Position numbers and translations under genes: made by a program
Part shown: in pieces, positions 13,660 through 25,527 of the stretch
Numbering within the stretch: position 1 is the first letter of the stretch
How the letters are laid out: each line of letters begins with the position of its first letter
The notes under the pieces: model-generated
Database searches by the model: none
The model's input: only the letters and a program-made list of their open reading frames with translations
Told to the model about the DNA's origin: nothing
Assembly: GCF_006345805.1 (NCBI RefSeq)
Contig: NC_043008.1
Span: 71,176,001 to 71,240,000, forward strand
Reading direction: 5' to 3'
Source: Octopus sinensis
Taxonomy: Eukaryota
Length of the DNA stretch: 64,000 nucleotides

Positions 13660-13835
13660 TTTTATTGTTTCATTCTTGTACTTGTTTCAGTCTTTGGAAT
13701 GCGGTCATACTGGAACATCGACGTAAACGAGTTTAGTCAAACGAATCGACCCTAAGGCAAAGTTTAGAAAGCCCTTACTTATTCCATCATCTTTTTTGTC
13801 GAACGGCTAGTGAACGTGGTCGTAAACAAAGGAAA
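13660..13835 (-). mobile_element. SINE family B-related 3' fragment
   Basis: TACTTGTTTCAGTC..TGCGGTCATACTGGA..AATCGACCC motifs shared with B copies. Confidence 0.55.
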
Positions 13836-14044
13836 TCTGGTTATTATTTGGTAGTGGGAAGGAACACAAGCAAAAAGTCTCACACTCTTATAGGTGCATA
13901 TGCATACATACATGCATACACACATACATACACATACTCACAAGACAATTTAGTTAATAGGAACCTAACACATCTACACATTTTTTATTATTACAGTCAG
14001 TTATACAGTATATTTAATTTAGATCTGTCCGACATATGTTTCTG

Positions 14045-14214
14045 CTGCATAACTACATCGCTGTGTGGTCAGAAGTTTTTTTTTCCCCAATCCTATGGTT
14101 CTCGGTCACGTCCCACTTTTTGGTATCTTGAGCAAGAAACTCATCTACTACAGCACTGAAGTGACCAAAATGTTTTGAGTGGATTTGGCAGACGGAAACT
14201 GAAAAAAAGCTCGT

Positions 14215-14220
<6 letters not shown>
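14045..14220 (+). mobile_element. SINE family B 5' half
   Basis: CGCTGTGTGGTCAGAAG head, GAGTGGATTTGGCAGACGGAAACTGAAA body, ending in the internal (TA)n. Confidence 0.7.
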
Positions 14221-14271
<51 letters not shown>

Positions 14272-14495
14272 TAGCATCGTTGATGGGGTAGTTACTTTTA
14301 CTGTTTCTCAGGAGCCACGTTCATAGTATTATTATATACAAAATTTACTCCCCCTGCATGTGTGTATTTTAGAAGAGAAAAACATGAAATTGAAGTATAA
14401 AAAAGATCGATTTCATTCTTCAATGTAATGATAGTAATGGCAAATTAAGTTATTGAAGTATTCATGTTGCATTAAGAGTGAATATTTTTTAGACG

Positions 14496-15407
14496 TGAGT
14501 TCTACGTCTATTTGTGGTGTCCTGTACTCACGTATATATATTTATATATGCATGTATATATACATGTAGATGTAGGTACGTACATATATGTATGTATGCA
14601 TATATTTTATGTATTACACTATTGTATGACTGAGCGCCCTTGCGTCGATTCGATTCGTTTCGTTTCGCTTCTTCTTCTCCAAGTAAGAGTTTATATATAA
14701 TTATGACGCGAAACTCTGTAACTCTTTGCTTGACCTTCCCTTCTTTCCCTATCTCCCTCTCTCACAGCCGCTTGCCTTCCTCTATCTCTCTCTCTCTCTC
14801 ACTCCTCCTCATCTCTCTCACTCTTCCTCATCTCTCTCACAGCCGGCCGACTACTTCCTTTCACCTGCGGTCTCCTAACAGTAAGAACACGGTCTTCTTG
14901 CGCTCTTAAGAATCTTTCCTCATCTAGGCCAAAAAAGGCCCTCTTTGTTTGTTGCCTTGTTTGTTTTTATTTCTTGTATTGTATTTTTTGTAATTGTATT
15001 TTTATTTTGTAATTTTATTTTGTATTTTATTTTGTAATTTTATTTGTATCGTTTTTACGTCTTGTTTGTGTCCCATTTTTTCTTCCCTGTTTTTACCCCT
15101 CTGCGAAGTAATTTTATTTAATTCTTTCGCAGGAAGGGCTAGTTCGGCGAGTCGTGTTCTGTCCTCACCTTCGAAACAAGCTGGAGTTTAACTAGGGACA
15201 GCTGATGAAGGGGTTTTTCCTTGTGTAGTTTGTCTTGTACTCTGTTTTTTCGTTGTTAAAAAAAGGTCCGTTCCATGCTTGTTTTCACGTTTTCGTTTCT
15301 CGTTGAGTTCTACGTCTATTTGTGGTGTCCTGTAGTCACGTATATATATTTATATATGAATGTATATATACATATATGTATGTATGCATATATTTTATTT
15401 ATTACAC

Positions 15408-15410
<3 letters not shown>
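14496..15410 (+). mobile_element. Non-coding element with terminal direct repeats (PLE pseudo-LTR / retrozyme-like)
   Basis: 14496-14622 repeated at 15304-15410 (TGAGTTCTACGTCTATTTGTGGTGTCCTGTA..TATTACACTAT); no recognisable coding ORF; carries hammerhead cores. Confidence 0.65.
15153..15214 (+). ncRNA. Candidate non-circularly permuted hammerhead ribozyme
   Basis: CGUGUU-CUGUCCU-C-ACCUUC-GAAA-CAAG-CUGGAGUUUAACUA-GGGACAG-CUGAUGA-AGGGGU; stem I 7 bp (15159-65 with 15195-201) in exact register; stem III 4 of 5; stem II imperfect. Confidence 0.6.
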
Positions 15411-15438
<28 letters not shown>

Positions 15439-15444
15439 ATATGT

Positions 15445-15644
15445 GTGTGTGTGTGTGATTGTCTCCCACCATCGCTCGACAACCGATGTTGATGTGTTTA
15501 CGCCACCGACACCTAGCGATTCGGCAAAAGCGACCGATAAAATAGGTACTAGGGTTACAATGAATCTTCGACTAAAGGCGGTGCTCCAAAATGGTGCAGT
15601 CAAATGATGAAAGGATAAAGTAGAAGATGAAAGGATAAAGTAGT

Positions 15645-15676
<32 letters not shown>

Positions 15677-15725
15677 TGTACTTGTTCAGTCATTTGACTG
15701 CGGCCTGCGGAGCACCGCCTCTTAG
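15445..15725. mobile_element. Two SINE family B 3' ends facing tail-to-tail
   Basis: Plus copy 15445-15640 (CATCGCTCGACAACCGATG..GGCGGTGCTCC..GCAGTCAAATGA) and minus tail 15676-15725. Confidence 0.8.
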
Positions 15726-15892
15726 AGTGGTTGAAAGAGTACAGCAGGGATCAACCACCATCCCCTGCCGGAGCTCGTGAGATTTTAGGTGTTTTCGCTC
15801 AATAAACACACACACCGCCCGGTCTGGGAATCGAAACCGCGATCCATCGACCGCAAGTCCGCTGCCCTAACCATGGGCCCATTGCGCTCCAC
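15725..15892 (-). mobile_element. tRNA-derived SINE family D (5' part)
   Basis: Minus head GGCCCATGGTTAGGGCAGCGGACTTGCGGTCGATGGATCGCGGTTTCGATTCCC; homologous to 45380-45672. Confidence 0.8.
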
Positions 15893-16129
15893 ATATATAT
15901 ATGTAATATATATATGGTGTGTTTGTGTGTGTGTGTGTTGTGAGTGGTGTGTGGGTGCGGATGTGGCGTATGTGTATGTGTGTGTAGATAGAAATGGGTT
16001 TGACGAAAGTAGCATTACTTTATTAGTTTGTTTCCAACTGTTCAATAGACCAATAGAGTAAATCTCTCCAACGTATTTTATTTTGTATATGAACTTTATT
16101 TATACTTTTGCCTAATATTATATATATAT

Positions 16130-16177
<48 letters not shown>

Positions 16178-16600
16178 AGTCAAAACTATTGAAAAGCTTG
16201 CAAGACGCAACGAAGGCTTTAGAAAAATAAAAAAATAAATAAGCGGAAATTTTACCAGTGAGTGTGTTAAATCATAAGGCACTAAAAGAGAATGACTCTC
16301 CCCGGACACAACAGTATATATATATATATATAACGTTTATATATCTGCTATGCAAGATTGTCAAAGTTCTTTCGACTCCAATATAGTGGCTTCTGCAGTA
16401 ATTCTCTGTTCAGCGTATCTTCTCTTGTCTTGACTCTTCCATTTTGACCTTCTGCGTTTACGGGGTGTGTGTGTTTGTGCGCGTGTTGTGTGTGCGTGTG
16501 TGTGTGTTGTATTTGTGATTAGTACGAGTCTCCTGCGCGCGTGTATACGGGTTTGTATTGTACACTGTTTATTTAGTTTTATATATATATATTATATATA

Positions 16601-16634
<34 letters not shown>

Positions 16635-16774
16635 TCTCTTAATCATTTTGTCTTTAGCATGTGTATTTGATTCTATGTGCGTGTCACTATCAATATATTA
16701 ATAGCAGTAGGGATAATAGGATGAGAAACGTCTCCACATGTGTGACCCATCAGAATTAGAAAGACACATTCAAG

Positions 16775-17345
16775 TCAAATCAAATCAAATCAAATCAAAT
16801 TATTGGCAGGAGAAGAGCACAATGTGCTTAAGCCATGTGAAAAAACAAAACAAAAGAAAAACAAAAAACAGTTATTGTTATTTACAGTTTTATACATAGT
16901 CGCCGCAATTGTTCTGAGCCTCTTTGAACAGGGAAGTGGTGCGCAGTTGAATGCCATCTTGTGGTAGCTTGTTCCACTGGGCTGCGATGCGGACGGATAA
17001 TGCGGCCTTCCGCCTATCGAGTTGAAAGTGTCGGGCTTGAGTTTGCGATCATGCCCGCGAAGACCTCTATCCGACGCATGGATGGAAAACTCCGCAAATG
17101 GTAGGTTAACATTCCCGGTGAAGATGTTGAATGCCATGATGAGATCTCGCCGCATCCTTCGTCGTTCGAGTGAAGGTAATGTCAGCCGTTGGAGACGTTC
17201 CTCATACGTAAGCTTAGATACGTCCGCGACCATTCAGGTGGCCATAACACTTCATCCACTGCATGCATGGGTACAAGGAAAATACAAGACTGCTATAACG
17301 GAGTAAATTCTGGAATTGCATTCAAAGAACTAAGCGGAAGTTAGG
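16775..17345 (-). mobile_element. CR1/L2-group LINE 3' end
   Basis: ORF 16790..17233 KLTYEERLQRLTLPSLERRRMRRDLIMAFNI..RGLRGH is the CR1-type ORF2 C-terminus; followed by (ATTTG)n tail at 16775-16800. Confidence 0.85.
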
Positions 17346-17519
17346 GAAGGCCAACTCAAGGTACGTCATGTTCGTAGATGCTAAACCCGGAGGCGAACTA
17401 ACATATTTTTTAAAGAAAAAATTTAGATTAGTTGAATCAACGGATTAAAGCGGTAGAGAGACAAGGGACACGCCGTAAAATCCCTATTCTGTAGAACATA
17501 CATATTTGAACAAACCCAC

Positions 17520-17905
17520 TTTTTAAATAGGAACTTTATAACGTGAAGAGGAAACCCACAGATAAACTGTAAAATTAAGAACATAATTTATAGTATAAAG
17601 CGTAGAGAAGGACGGTGTAGAATCTGGATAATGACGTATATTGGAGAGACAGCACTTACCATAGGTGAGCGGGTAAATAGAAACTGGTGGGAGCTCAAGA
17701 AGGAGAAAATGTTGTCAGTACGCTACCAACACACTGAAATAGAGCATGGCGGCTCGCTTGAGAACATAGATATATGGATCATACCGACACCTAGGACGGA
17801 CACAATAGATTACGGAGGCTGGAGACAATAAAAGATAGACCGTGCCCTAACAGAAAACCCAAATGGAGTAATAATACCCCCAACCACTTCATCACGCAAC
17901 CTGAC
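17520..17905 (+). mobile_element. Penelope-like GIY-YIG remnant
   Basis: ORF 17631..17831 TYIGETALTIGERVN..YQHTEIEHG aligns by eye with ORF 46944..47366. Confidence 0.75.
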
Positions 17906-18499
17906 GACTAAAAACAGAATAGAGAAAACAAATAAATGACATTATACGAGCATACGAGGTCTCATCATTAAGTATCCAGACTCATGCTATAGCAACGAAG
18001 CTAAAGCACACAGAGTGAAGCTGCTTTTTAAAGATTGGCACTGGACTCTGCTATGCAGGTGCACTAAGTTTAACATTCTATCTTGCTTCCGTTGCTTACA
18101 GCAGTGCTTAGAAGGAAGGTGTGTAGCGTGTGATCGTCGCATTATCAATTGCAGAAAAAGTTGTCATGTCGATGCCTGCTCAGAAGCCTAAGCAAAGTTG
18201 CAGACTAAAAAACAGAATAGAGAAACAAATAAATGACATTATACGAGCATACGAGGTCTCATCATTAAGTATCCAGACTCATGCTATAGCAACGAAGCTA
18301 AAGCACACAGAGTGAAGCTGCTTTTAAAGATTGGCACTGGACTCTGCTATGCAGGTGTACTAAGTTTAACATTCTATCTTGCTTCCGTTGCTTACAGCAG
18401 TGCTTAGAAGGAAGGTGTGTAGCGTGTGATCGTCGCATTATCAATTGCAGAAAAAGTTGTCATGTCGATGCCTGCTCAGAAGCCTAAGCAAAGTTGCAG
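17906..18499 (+). repeat. 297-bp perfect-like tandem duplication (2 copies)
   Basis: 17906-18202 and 18203-18499 differ by about one indel and one substitution seen by eye. Confidence 0.95.
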
Positions 18500-18865
18500 A
18501 AACTGTATGGGAGGGAACGTATGACACACACACAGTGTACAGGTGGTTCAGACATTTCCAAGACGGCCGAAAAATGTCGATAGTGATGAACGTTTTGGGA
18601 GACCTGCAACCAGCAGAACTGAAAAAAACATTGCAGATGTGCTTGCAGCTGAGGTGGGGAAATCGTGGAATTATCATCCGTGAGTTATGAGATGTGCAGA
18701 TAAGTTATGGTTCAGTTCATTATCATTGTAGATTTGGGTATGAGACGCGTGTCTGCAATGTTTGCGACAAAACTGCTTTCAGCTGGCCAAAATAAGACTC
18801 GGGTTTCACGTGCATAAGATCTCGTTGATTGTGCCGAGAACGATGAAAACTTTTTGAAAACTTTG
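17953..18865 (+). mobile_element. Mariner transposon 5' part (5' end duplicated)
   Basis: TIR-like TACGAGGTCTCATCATTAAGTATCCAGAC at 17953 and about 18249; decayed HTH VYRWFRHFQDGR..DERFGRPATSRTEKNI..DLGMRRVSA. Confidence 0.75.
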
Positions 18866-18869
18866 CGTA

Positions 18870-20210
18870 GGCCCCTGACACCTCTCCTCCTTTCAGAGAT
18901 TTCTGCAACAGCGAAAACTCTTTTAGCGAGAAAAACAGTTTGAGAAAACCACCAGAATGGATCCTGAAGAAAGGAAAAAAATTACAAAATGAAAAGTGCG
19001 ACACAACACTGAAAATTATGAGATTGGAGGAGGAGACACATGAAGTAACAAACAGTCATACACCCACACACTTTACATTGATACATCTACGAACATATAC
19101 AACAATACAAACTTCGCACTTTTTCAAACACTACAAGAAACATAAAAGCACACCAATTAAGACCAACAACATGAACTCTACTCTCAGGGTATCTTCAGTT
19201 ACAGGGCCAGAGACACAAACAAAAGAACTTGATAAGGTTTAATCAGAAATGCAAACGTTACTCTAAATGAATACATCGGTCACCTGCATAACATCGCCGT
19301 TTAAATAAAAATTATAAATTAAAGCAACGCAACAGACAGATAGCAAAGAGAATTGGTGATTTTAGTGGGATCATAAAGAAAAGACTACAAAGAGATGCTT
19401 GTAAAGACAGCTACAGATAAAGAGACGATCAGAATATAAGTCTCTTCACAGAAATAGGATAAGTGTTTCTTTTCATTCTTCTACTAATTGACAAATATGG
19501 CCTTGTTTAGAATAGGCAGTATACATGCACGTGCCCTGGAGTCGCCTCGGAAGCAAGTTCACCTACTCCGCTCCCTAAGTATAGATATCGTGGCTATCAA
19601 TGAAACCAGGTGCTCCAATCGACAAGCTCTCATGCCTATTTTCGTTGGATACAAGATTTACTTATCTTCATATCAACCGGGAAAGGTGTGGTGGATTGAA
19701 CAGCAGTCTTGTTCTGAAGAGGTCTGGATCTCAAGGTAAGGTTTATCGCCTTGGACTAGTCAGTAGTCCTGGAATGGGAGAGTAGCGACAGGAGTGATTT
19801 AAGACTGGAGGTTGTCTATGCTCCGACAGGGGCAGGACAGCTGGATTTCTTTAGACGTTTAGAGGATTTTGTGGGAACATCGCGATTTTTAGTAGGAATG
19901 GGTGACTGGAACGCTATCTTGGACGCACGTTTAGACTGTTTGAGACCAGCTGTTAGAAGAGTGGTTGATGTAGAAGCCATCAACAATCTGCCGGTACTGA
20001 TTAGATTGCCCGAATGTGCTAGTCGGGACATGCACGAAACGCATCAGGCCATCTTGATATTCTGTAGACCAGTAGAAGAGGATAGCATAAGTTATTTAGT
20101 TTCTAAACTCGTCTGCTACACAGGCCACAAATTTGTGATCTGTGCGGTCGACCTAGATTGACAACGATCGCAGGGACCCAACTGCTGGCTCTTAACGCGT
20201 CACTCCTATA
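18870..20210 (+). mobile_element. Tx1/L1-like LINE fragment: ORF1 end and APE endonuclease
   Basis: FRIGSIHARAL..DIVAINETR..VVYAPTG..FLVGMGDWNAILD..GHKFV = APE domains, frameshifted. Confidence 0.8.
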
Positions 20211-20345
20211 TCCATCCATTTTCAAAATAACTCCTTATATTAAACTCTACTGTTTCCCTCTTGTTAACTCCCTCATATCGTCTCTGATGAAGGAATATTC
20301 CTAATATCCCTAATATCCCAGAAAGATTATCTTTCTACTTATAAA
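20200..20345 (+). mobile_element. PLE pseudo-LTR fragment with decayed hammerhead core
   Basis: CTGATGAAGGAATATT..AATATCCCAGAAAG at 20284-20325. Confidence 0.4.
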
Positions 20346-21092
20346 TGTCCTATAAATTCTGCTGGATTCCCACCCATAACCGAGCGGTTCGGATAAAAAA
20401 GACCGATACAATAAGTTTCAGGTTTCAAAAATATAAGTTATGATGTAGATCCATTCGACTAAGACCCTTCAACTTGGTAAGTTAGTAAAGTCAAAGTCCA
20501 ATGACGGACACAAGTAAAAGGTAAAAGATATATAACACATATACCGACATTCACGTATTCATACGTACATATTTGTATATCTACGCATGTGCATGTATGT
20601 ATGTATGTATGTATGTATGTATGTATGTATGTATGTATGTATGTATGTATGTATGCATGCATGCATACATGCATGCATGCATGTCTTCTCTCTGTCTTCT
20701 TGTCTGTCTATCTTTTTATCTCTCTCTTTCTCTCTCTCTTCTCTCTATCTCTCTATCTATCCACCTTTGTTCGTGAATGTATATTTGTATTGAGGAAAGA
20801 AAAGACATTAAAAATGCCATGAGATTGTATAAGAGAATTTATTCATGTTTTAAAATCAATACATTTAACCTATTTCACTTTGTTTGATGCTCAGAAGTCT
20901 AATATTCGAGGGACGTGGAGTTGTGTCGATGCAGTTGGTGATACAACTCTACGTCCCTCGGTGCATTTCCATACTTCTATGGATTAGTAATTATTTACAC
21001 ACACAAACACACACACACGCACGTACGCACGCACGCACGCACACACACGCACGTACGCACGCACGCACGCACACACACACACACCCACACAT

Positions 21093-21142
<50 letters not shown>

Positions 21143-24114
21143 AAACACGCGCACATGTGTTAACAAGCGCAGAGACGTATGTGATCGGTGATCATTACTC
21201 CGAAATATTTACACTGTCGTTCGGTTAAAATGTCTGATTATTATTTAAGTTTTAGTAAACCAATGCAAATCATTAACAGATATTTAACTGTTGAGAGATT
21301 AGTGTGGGTGACGAAGTGTTTTGAAATTTTTCTGCTAAATACATTTTCATATGTGGCCGATTGTGAGAAGGAAACTGCTCGAAGAGGCTCTTAATTGTCT
21401 GATTATCACCATTAGAGTAGACACTTGAAATCTTCAAAATCCGTCTCCACTTTACTCTCATTCAGCGTAGTAGATTTGTGCAGTTTTATCATTAATAAGT
21501 AGAGATAAAGCAATATGAAAGTGGTTTTCAATGAAGAGTGCAATGCAGAGAGGAATTGGTATCCACTCAGTTATATTCTTCCATGCAATCACCATATGAA
21601 GACTAAATTTTCACAGGTTAGTTCAGAGATAAAATAATTTATGGTTCCAAGAGAAATCAATCTGATGCAAATCTCGTCAAATGATTTTATGATAGTCATT
21701 TAAATTCTATCCAGAAATTTGAAATTGATGTATGTGTCAATCTGTTGAAAATTTTTGATTTTAAAGCATGAAATATTGATAGATTTTTGACTTGCTGTAA
21801 TGAGATGTGACGTAAATATTTGAAGGATCATCAACTTCGGAAATAATGTGAAATAATTTAAGAGCAGTTTGAGCGTCTGCTCCGTTGTCTTCATCTACAA
21901 CAGTAGAATACAACGAAATAACTGGAACGTAGTCGCTTGACACGCTAGAAATAGTCTCCCCCATACTATTATATATATACCACTTTCCATAAAACTATTG
22001 TAGATATATGTTGGTCTCTTATATACTAGTCGGTTAAATTATATGATACGAGTCCAACGTAGTATTTAAAGACAGGATGAACGTATTCTAGCGGTGCTAT
22101 TCTCCATGTATACGAGGGGTGATATACTGATTTCTCTCTGGTAATATATCGAGTCCGCATATATTTAAAGAACCAGACGTTGAATTGTTTAATTTGTTTG
22201 TATTTTCGTCACTGGATGTCTCCATATAAAGTATGGAAAACAAACTTGAAATCCGGTCGCAAACTCTTAATTTTCGTTGATCGTTGTCGTCGTCGTCATC
22301 ATTATCACATTCATCTTCGTTGTCATCATTATCATCACCATCATCATATATTTTCCTTATTTCTGCATTACAGGACATGTTCACTGCTAATAAAGTAGGA
22401 AATTACTATTCCATTTGTCCATACCAAAAGAGGACAGTTATACGAATCAAAAATATCAAACATGAAAATATGTGTATGATTTGTGAGATAAAGTATATCA
22501 CACGAACATTTGAAATAAATAACAATTGCAAAAAGCAACAACAAACAAAAGACGAATAAAATATAAAAACAGAGAATACGAATGCGTTTCTTAATGTGAT
22601 CGATATTAAATCCTATCAGGAAATATAAATGGATCAGGATTGTTTCCAAACTAGCACTTTGTCTCATATTACATGAGATATCTCTAGTTTCAGCAGTATT
22701 CATGAGAGAAGGAATTATCTATAGATGTAATAATATCACCTTGTGATTCATTGCATTCAAAGAATCCTTGGCTTTTCTCAATATTACTAAGACTGTAATT
22801 GTATGTTGTTATATAAGACACACACTCCGAACATAATTACATTACCACAATACCTGCTTTAATCCGATGTTCATCATTTGCTGTTAGAGAAGCCTCCGGA
22901 GTTCAAGAAATTAACTATAGAATCTCGACTGGCTTTATAAATTCACGGTATCAGAATATCATCCAATAAATCTTAAGTTCTGACTAAGCCGTTGACTCTT
23001 ATCACGATTTAGATATTCTGACACTCTCCCAGTCACAGACTTTTGTTCCATTTTGAACACGCGACATAAATCATCTGGCGTCATTCTAATTCAGTGATCG
23101 TATAATGTGCTGGCAATGAAGTGGTATTATCACAGTTGCTTGTCATGGAGATGTAACTGTTGTTTAAACAACAGCTCCTCACATAGAAACGGCTTAGTGT
23201 TTGACATACTCTAGAACATTCTCAGAACATTTATTCCAATGAGTTATTTGATAAACACAATTATTCTGTTCATAGGAAGCTGTAAAAATATTTTTTCTCA
23301 TCTTATTCAGTTATATTCTTTGCTTAAAATGTCAAATGGTTATTTACAAAGATCATATTAGTTTCTTTCTAGTACATTCTTTATGTGGCTGACTTAGAAT
23401 TTCATAATTTCGATGCCATTAAAAATAAACAGGAGAAAATCTAACGGCTCATAACCAAGTATAAAATAATTTACCATTTTGACTAGAATAGGATTATCAA
23501 TTCCATTTATTTCGCAACTTTATGGCTAGTAAAAGCATTATTTAAATTAAATTTAAATTTATTGGTGGTGAGCCGAGGTTTCAATGCCGAATATATGTTT
23601 TCGCTGCAACTAAATGAAATATGCATATAAGAGAGGAAATATATCAAAGGAAATACAGCATAAAAATTTATACATTTGCTATCCTGAATTATATTGATAT
23701 AGTTAAAACATGTATAGACTTAATGTGGATTTGCATATCATTCAGCAAGCATTATAGCCATAGCTCCAGAGACAAATATACATTAATATGAATAATGATA
23801 AAGATATGAACATCCGCTTCCACAAGTTATTATCGTCTTACGTATAAAATCTCACTATTTTTTTCTCTCTCTCGTTATATATATGAATTTATGTACATGC
23901 ATAGACACTTATATATGCGCGTGTATGTAAATATTATAAAATCTCAGTGTGTTGTAAATAGGTATGTACAATGTGAAGACACTGTTTCTATGTTGTTGAC
24001 GCACAGGGAAAAAAGGTTAAGAATTTTAAGACGGATCTTTCAAGCTTTGTTTCTGTGCATCAATACTAACAAAAGAATGTGTCTACGTAGTTACTTTGAG
24101 GTTTCATATTTCTT

Positions 24115-24500
24115 TTATTCTTTTATTTGTTTCAGTTATTTGACTGCGACCATGCAAGAGCACGGCCTTTAGTCGAGCAAATCGACCCCAGAACATATTC
24201 CTTGTAAGCCTAGTGCTTATTCTATCGGTCACTTTTGCCGAACCGCTAGATTACGGGGACGTAAATGCACCAGTGTCGGTTGTCAAGCGATGTTGGGGGG
24301 GACAAACACAGACACACAGCCACACACACACACACACACACATATATGTATATATATATACACGACGGGCTTCTTTCAGTTTCTGTCTACCAAATCCACC
24401 CACATGGCTTTGGTCGGCCCAAGGCTATAGACACTTGCCCAACGAAATGAACTTTGAACCATGTGGTTGGTAAGCAAGCTACTTACCACACAGCCACTCA
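24115..24500 (-). mobile_element. SINE family B, near full length, internal (CA)/(TA) microsatellite
   Basis: Minus head GAGTGGCTGTGTGGTAAGTAGCTTGCTTACCAACCACATGGTTC; body and tail match other B copies. Confidence 0.9.
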
Positions 24501-24720
24501 TATTGGTTTCAAAGTTTGGTACAAAGTCGGCAATTTCAGGTAAGAGTGTAAATCCATTACACCAACTCCAGTAGTAAACTGATACTTATCTTATCGACCA
24601 TGAAAGGATGAAAGACGAAGTCGACCTCGATATAATTTTAACTCAGTACGTGAAGAAAGACGAAATGCCACTAAGCATTTGGCTTGGGGTGCTAAGGAGT
24701 CTGGCAGCTCACCGACTTCA
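24500..24720 (-). mobile_element. SINE family A, alternative-tail variant
   Basis: Plus reads GATACTTATCTTATCGACC..AAAGGATGAAAGACGAAGTCGACCTCG..GCTAAGCATT (reverse complement of A core and head). Confidence 0.75.
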
Positions 24721-24879
24721 TATTAATATTAAAATTCATTTAAAATTTCTATTAAATTTTCGCCGTTTTGTGGAAGGCTGCGTATCCCTACTGAAACAAG
24801 GACAGAGGTTCAAAATTAAACCAACTTTCCTTGTGCTTCCGAGAATCTGATTTTTGTTAAACCGTGCTCAGGTTGTGGT

Positions 24880-25330
24880 CATAACTATATAAGAAAGACA
24901 GGAAGACACATACGGTTCCTGCAATACAGAGAGATTCTATTGAGTGAAGACATACAGAGATGTGTAGAGAATATCCAACCAAACTTCGCAGCTTTCTCCA
25001 TCTACCAGTTAAAAGAAACAATTTCAATACAAAAACGTTTAGATATAAAAAAAATTGTTCATAAAAAAATACAGAACACGTCTAATTAACCAAGTTTGAT
25101 CTGAGTGTGTATTTTAATTTATGATCATACACACATCACTGTACATAATGCCTCTCCTCTACCTAATAATAACGGTCACTAATTACCTCTCCTTAGATCT
25201 TTCTACTCGTTGAATCATTCATTCATAAACTTCTCCACATACAACATGGACTAAAATCTTAAGAATATAGGAACTTATAATAATTTCAATGTCATGATTA
25301 GCGAAAGCGAAACTGGGCGACAAACACAAT
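24880..25330 (+). mobile_element. Penelope-like GIY-YIG remnant with decayed minimal type I hammerhead
   Basis: CGHNYIRKTG..NIQPNFAAFSIYQLKETISIQKRL; TGTC-ATGATTA-GC-GAAA-GC-GAAA-CTGGGC-GACA at 25290-25322. Confidence 0.65.
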
Positions 25331-25405
25331 ATAAAATATATTTAAAAATATATTAAAGCTATGAAAAGTGCATTTTCCTTCTTTTAGTTTACGTATATAT
25401 GTATA

Positions 25406-25441
<36 letters not shown>

Positions 25442-25475
25442 TGTATGTATGTATGTATGTATGTATGTATGTATT

Positions 25476-25527
<52 letters not shown>

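Noticed and set aside
15790-15892. tRNA gene
   Set aside because: tRNA-like head continues into the SINE D body seen again at 45380-45672; no proper acceptor stem.
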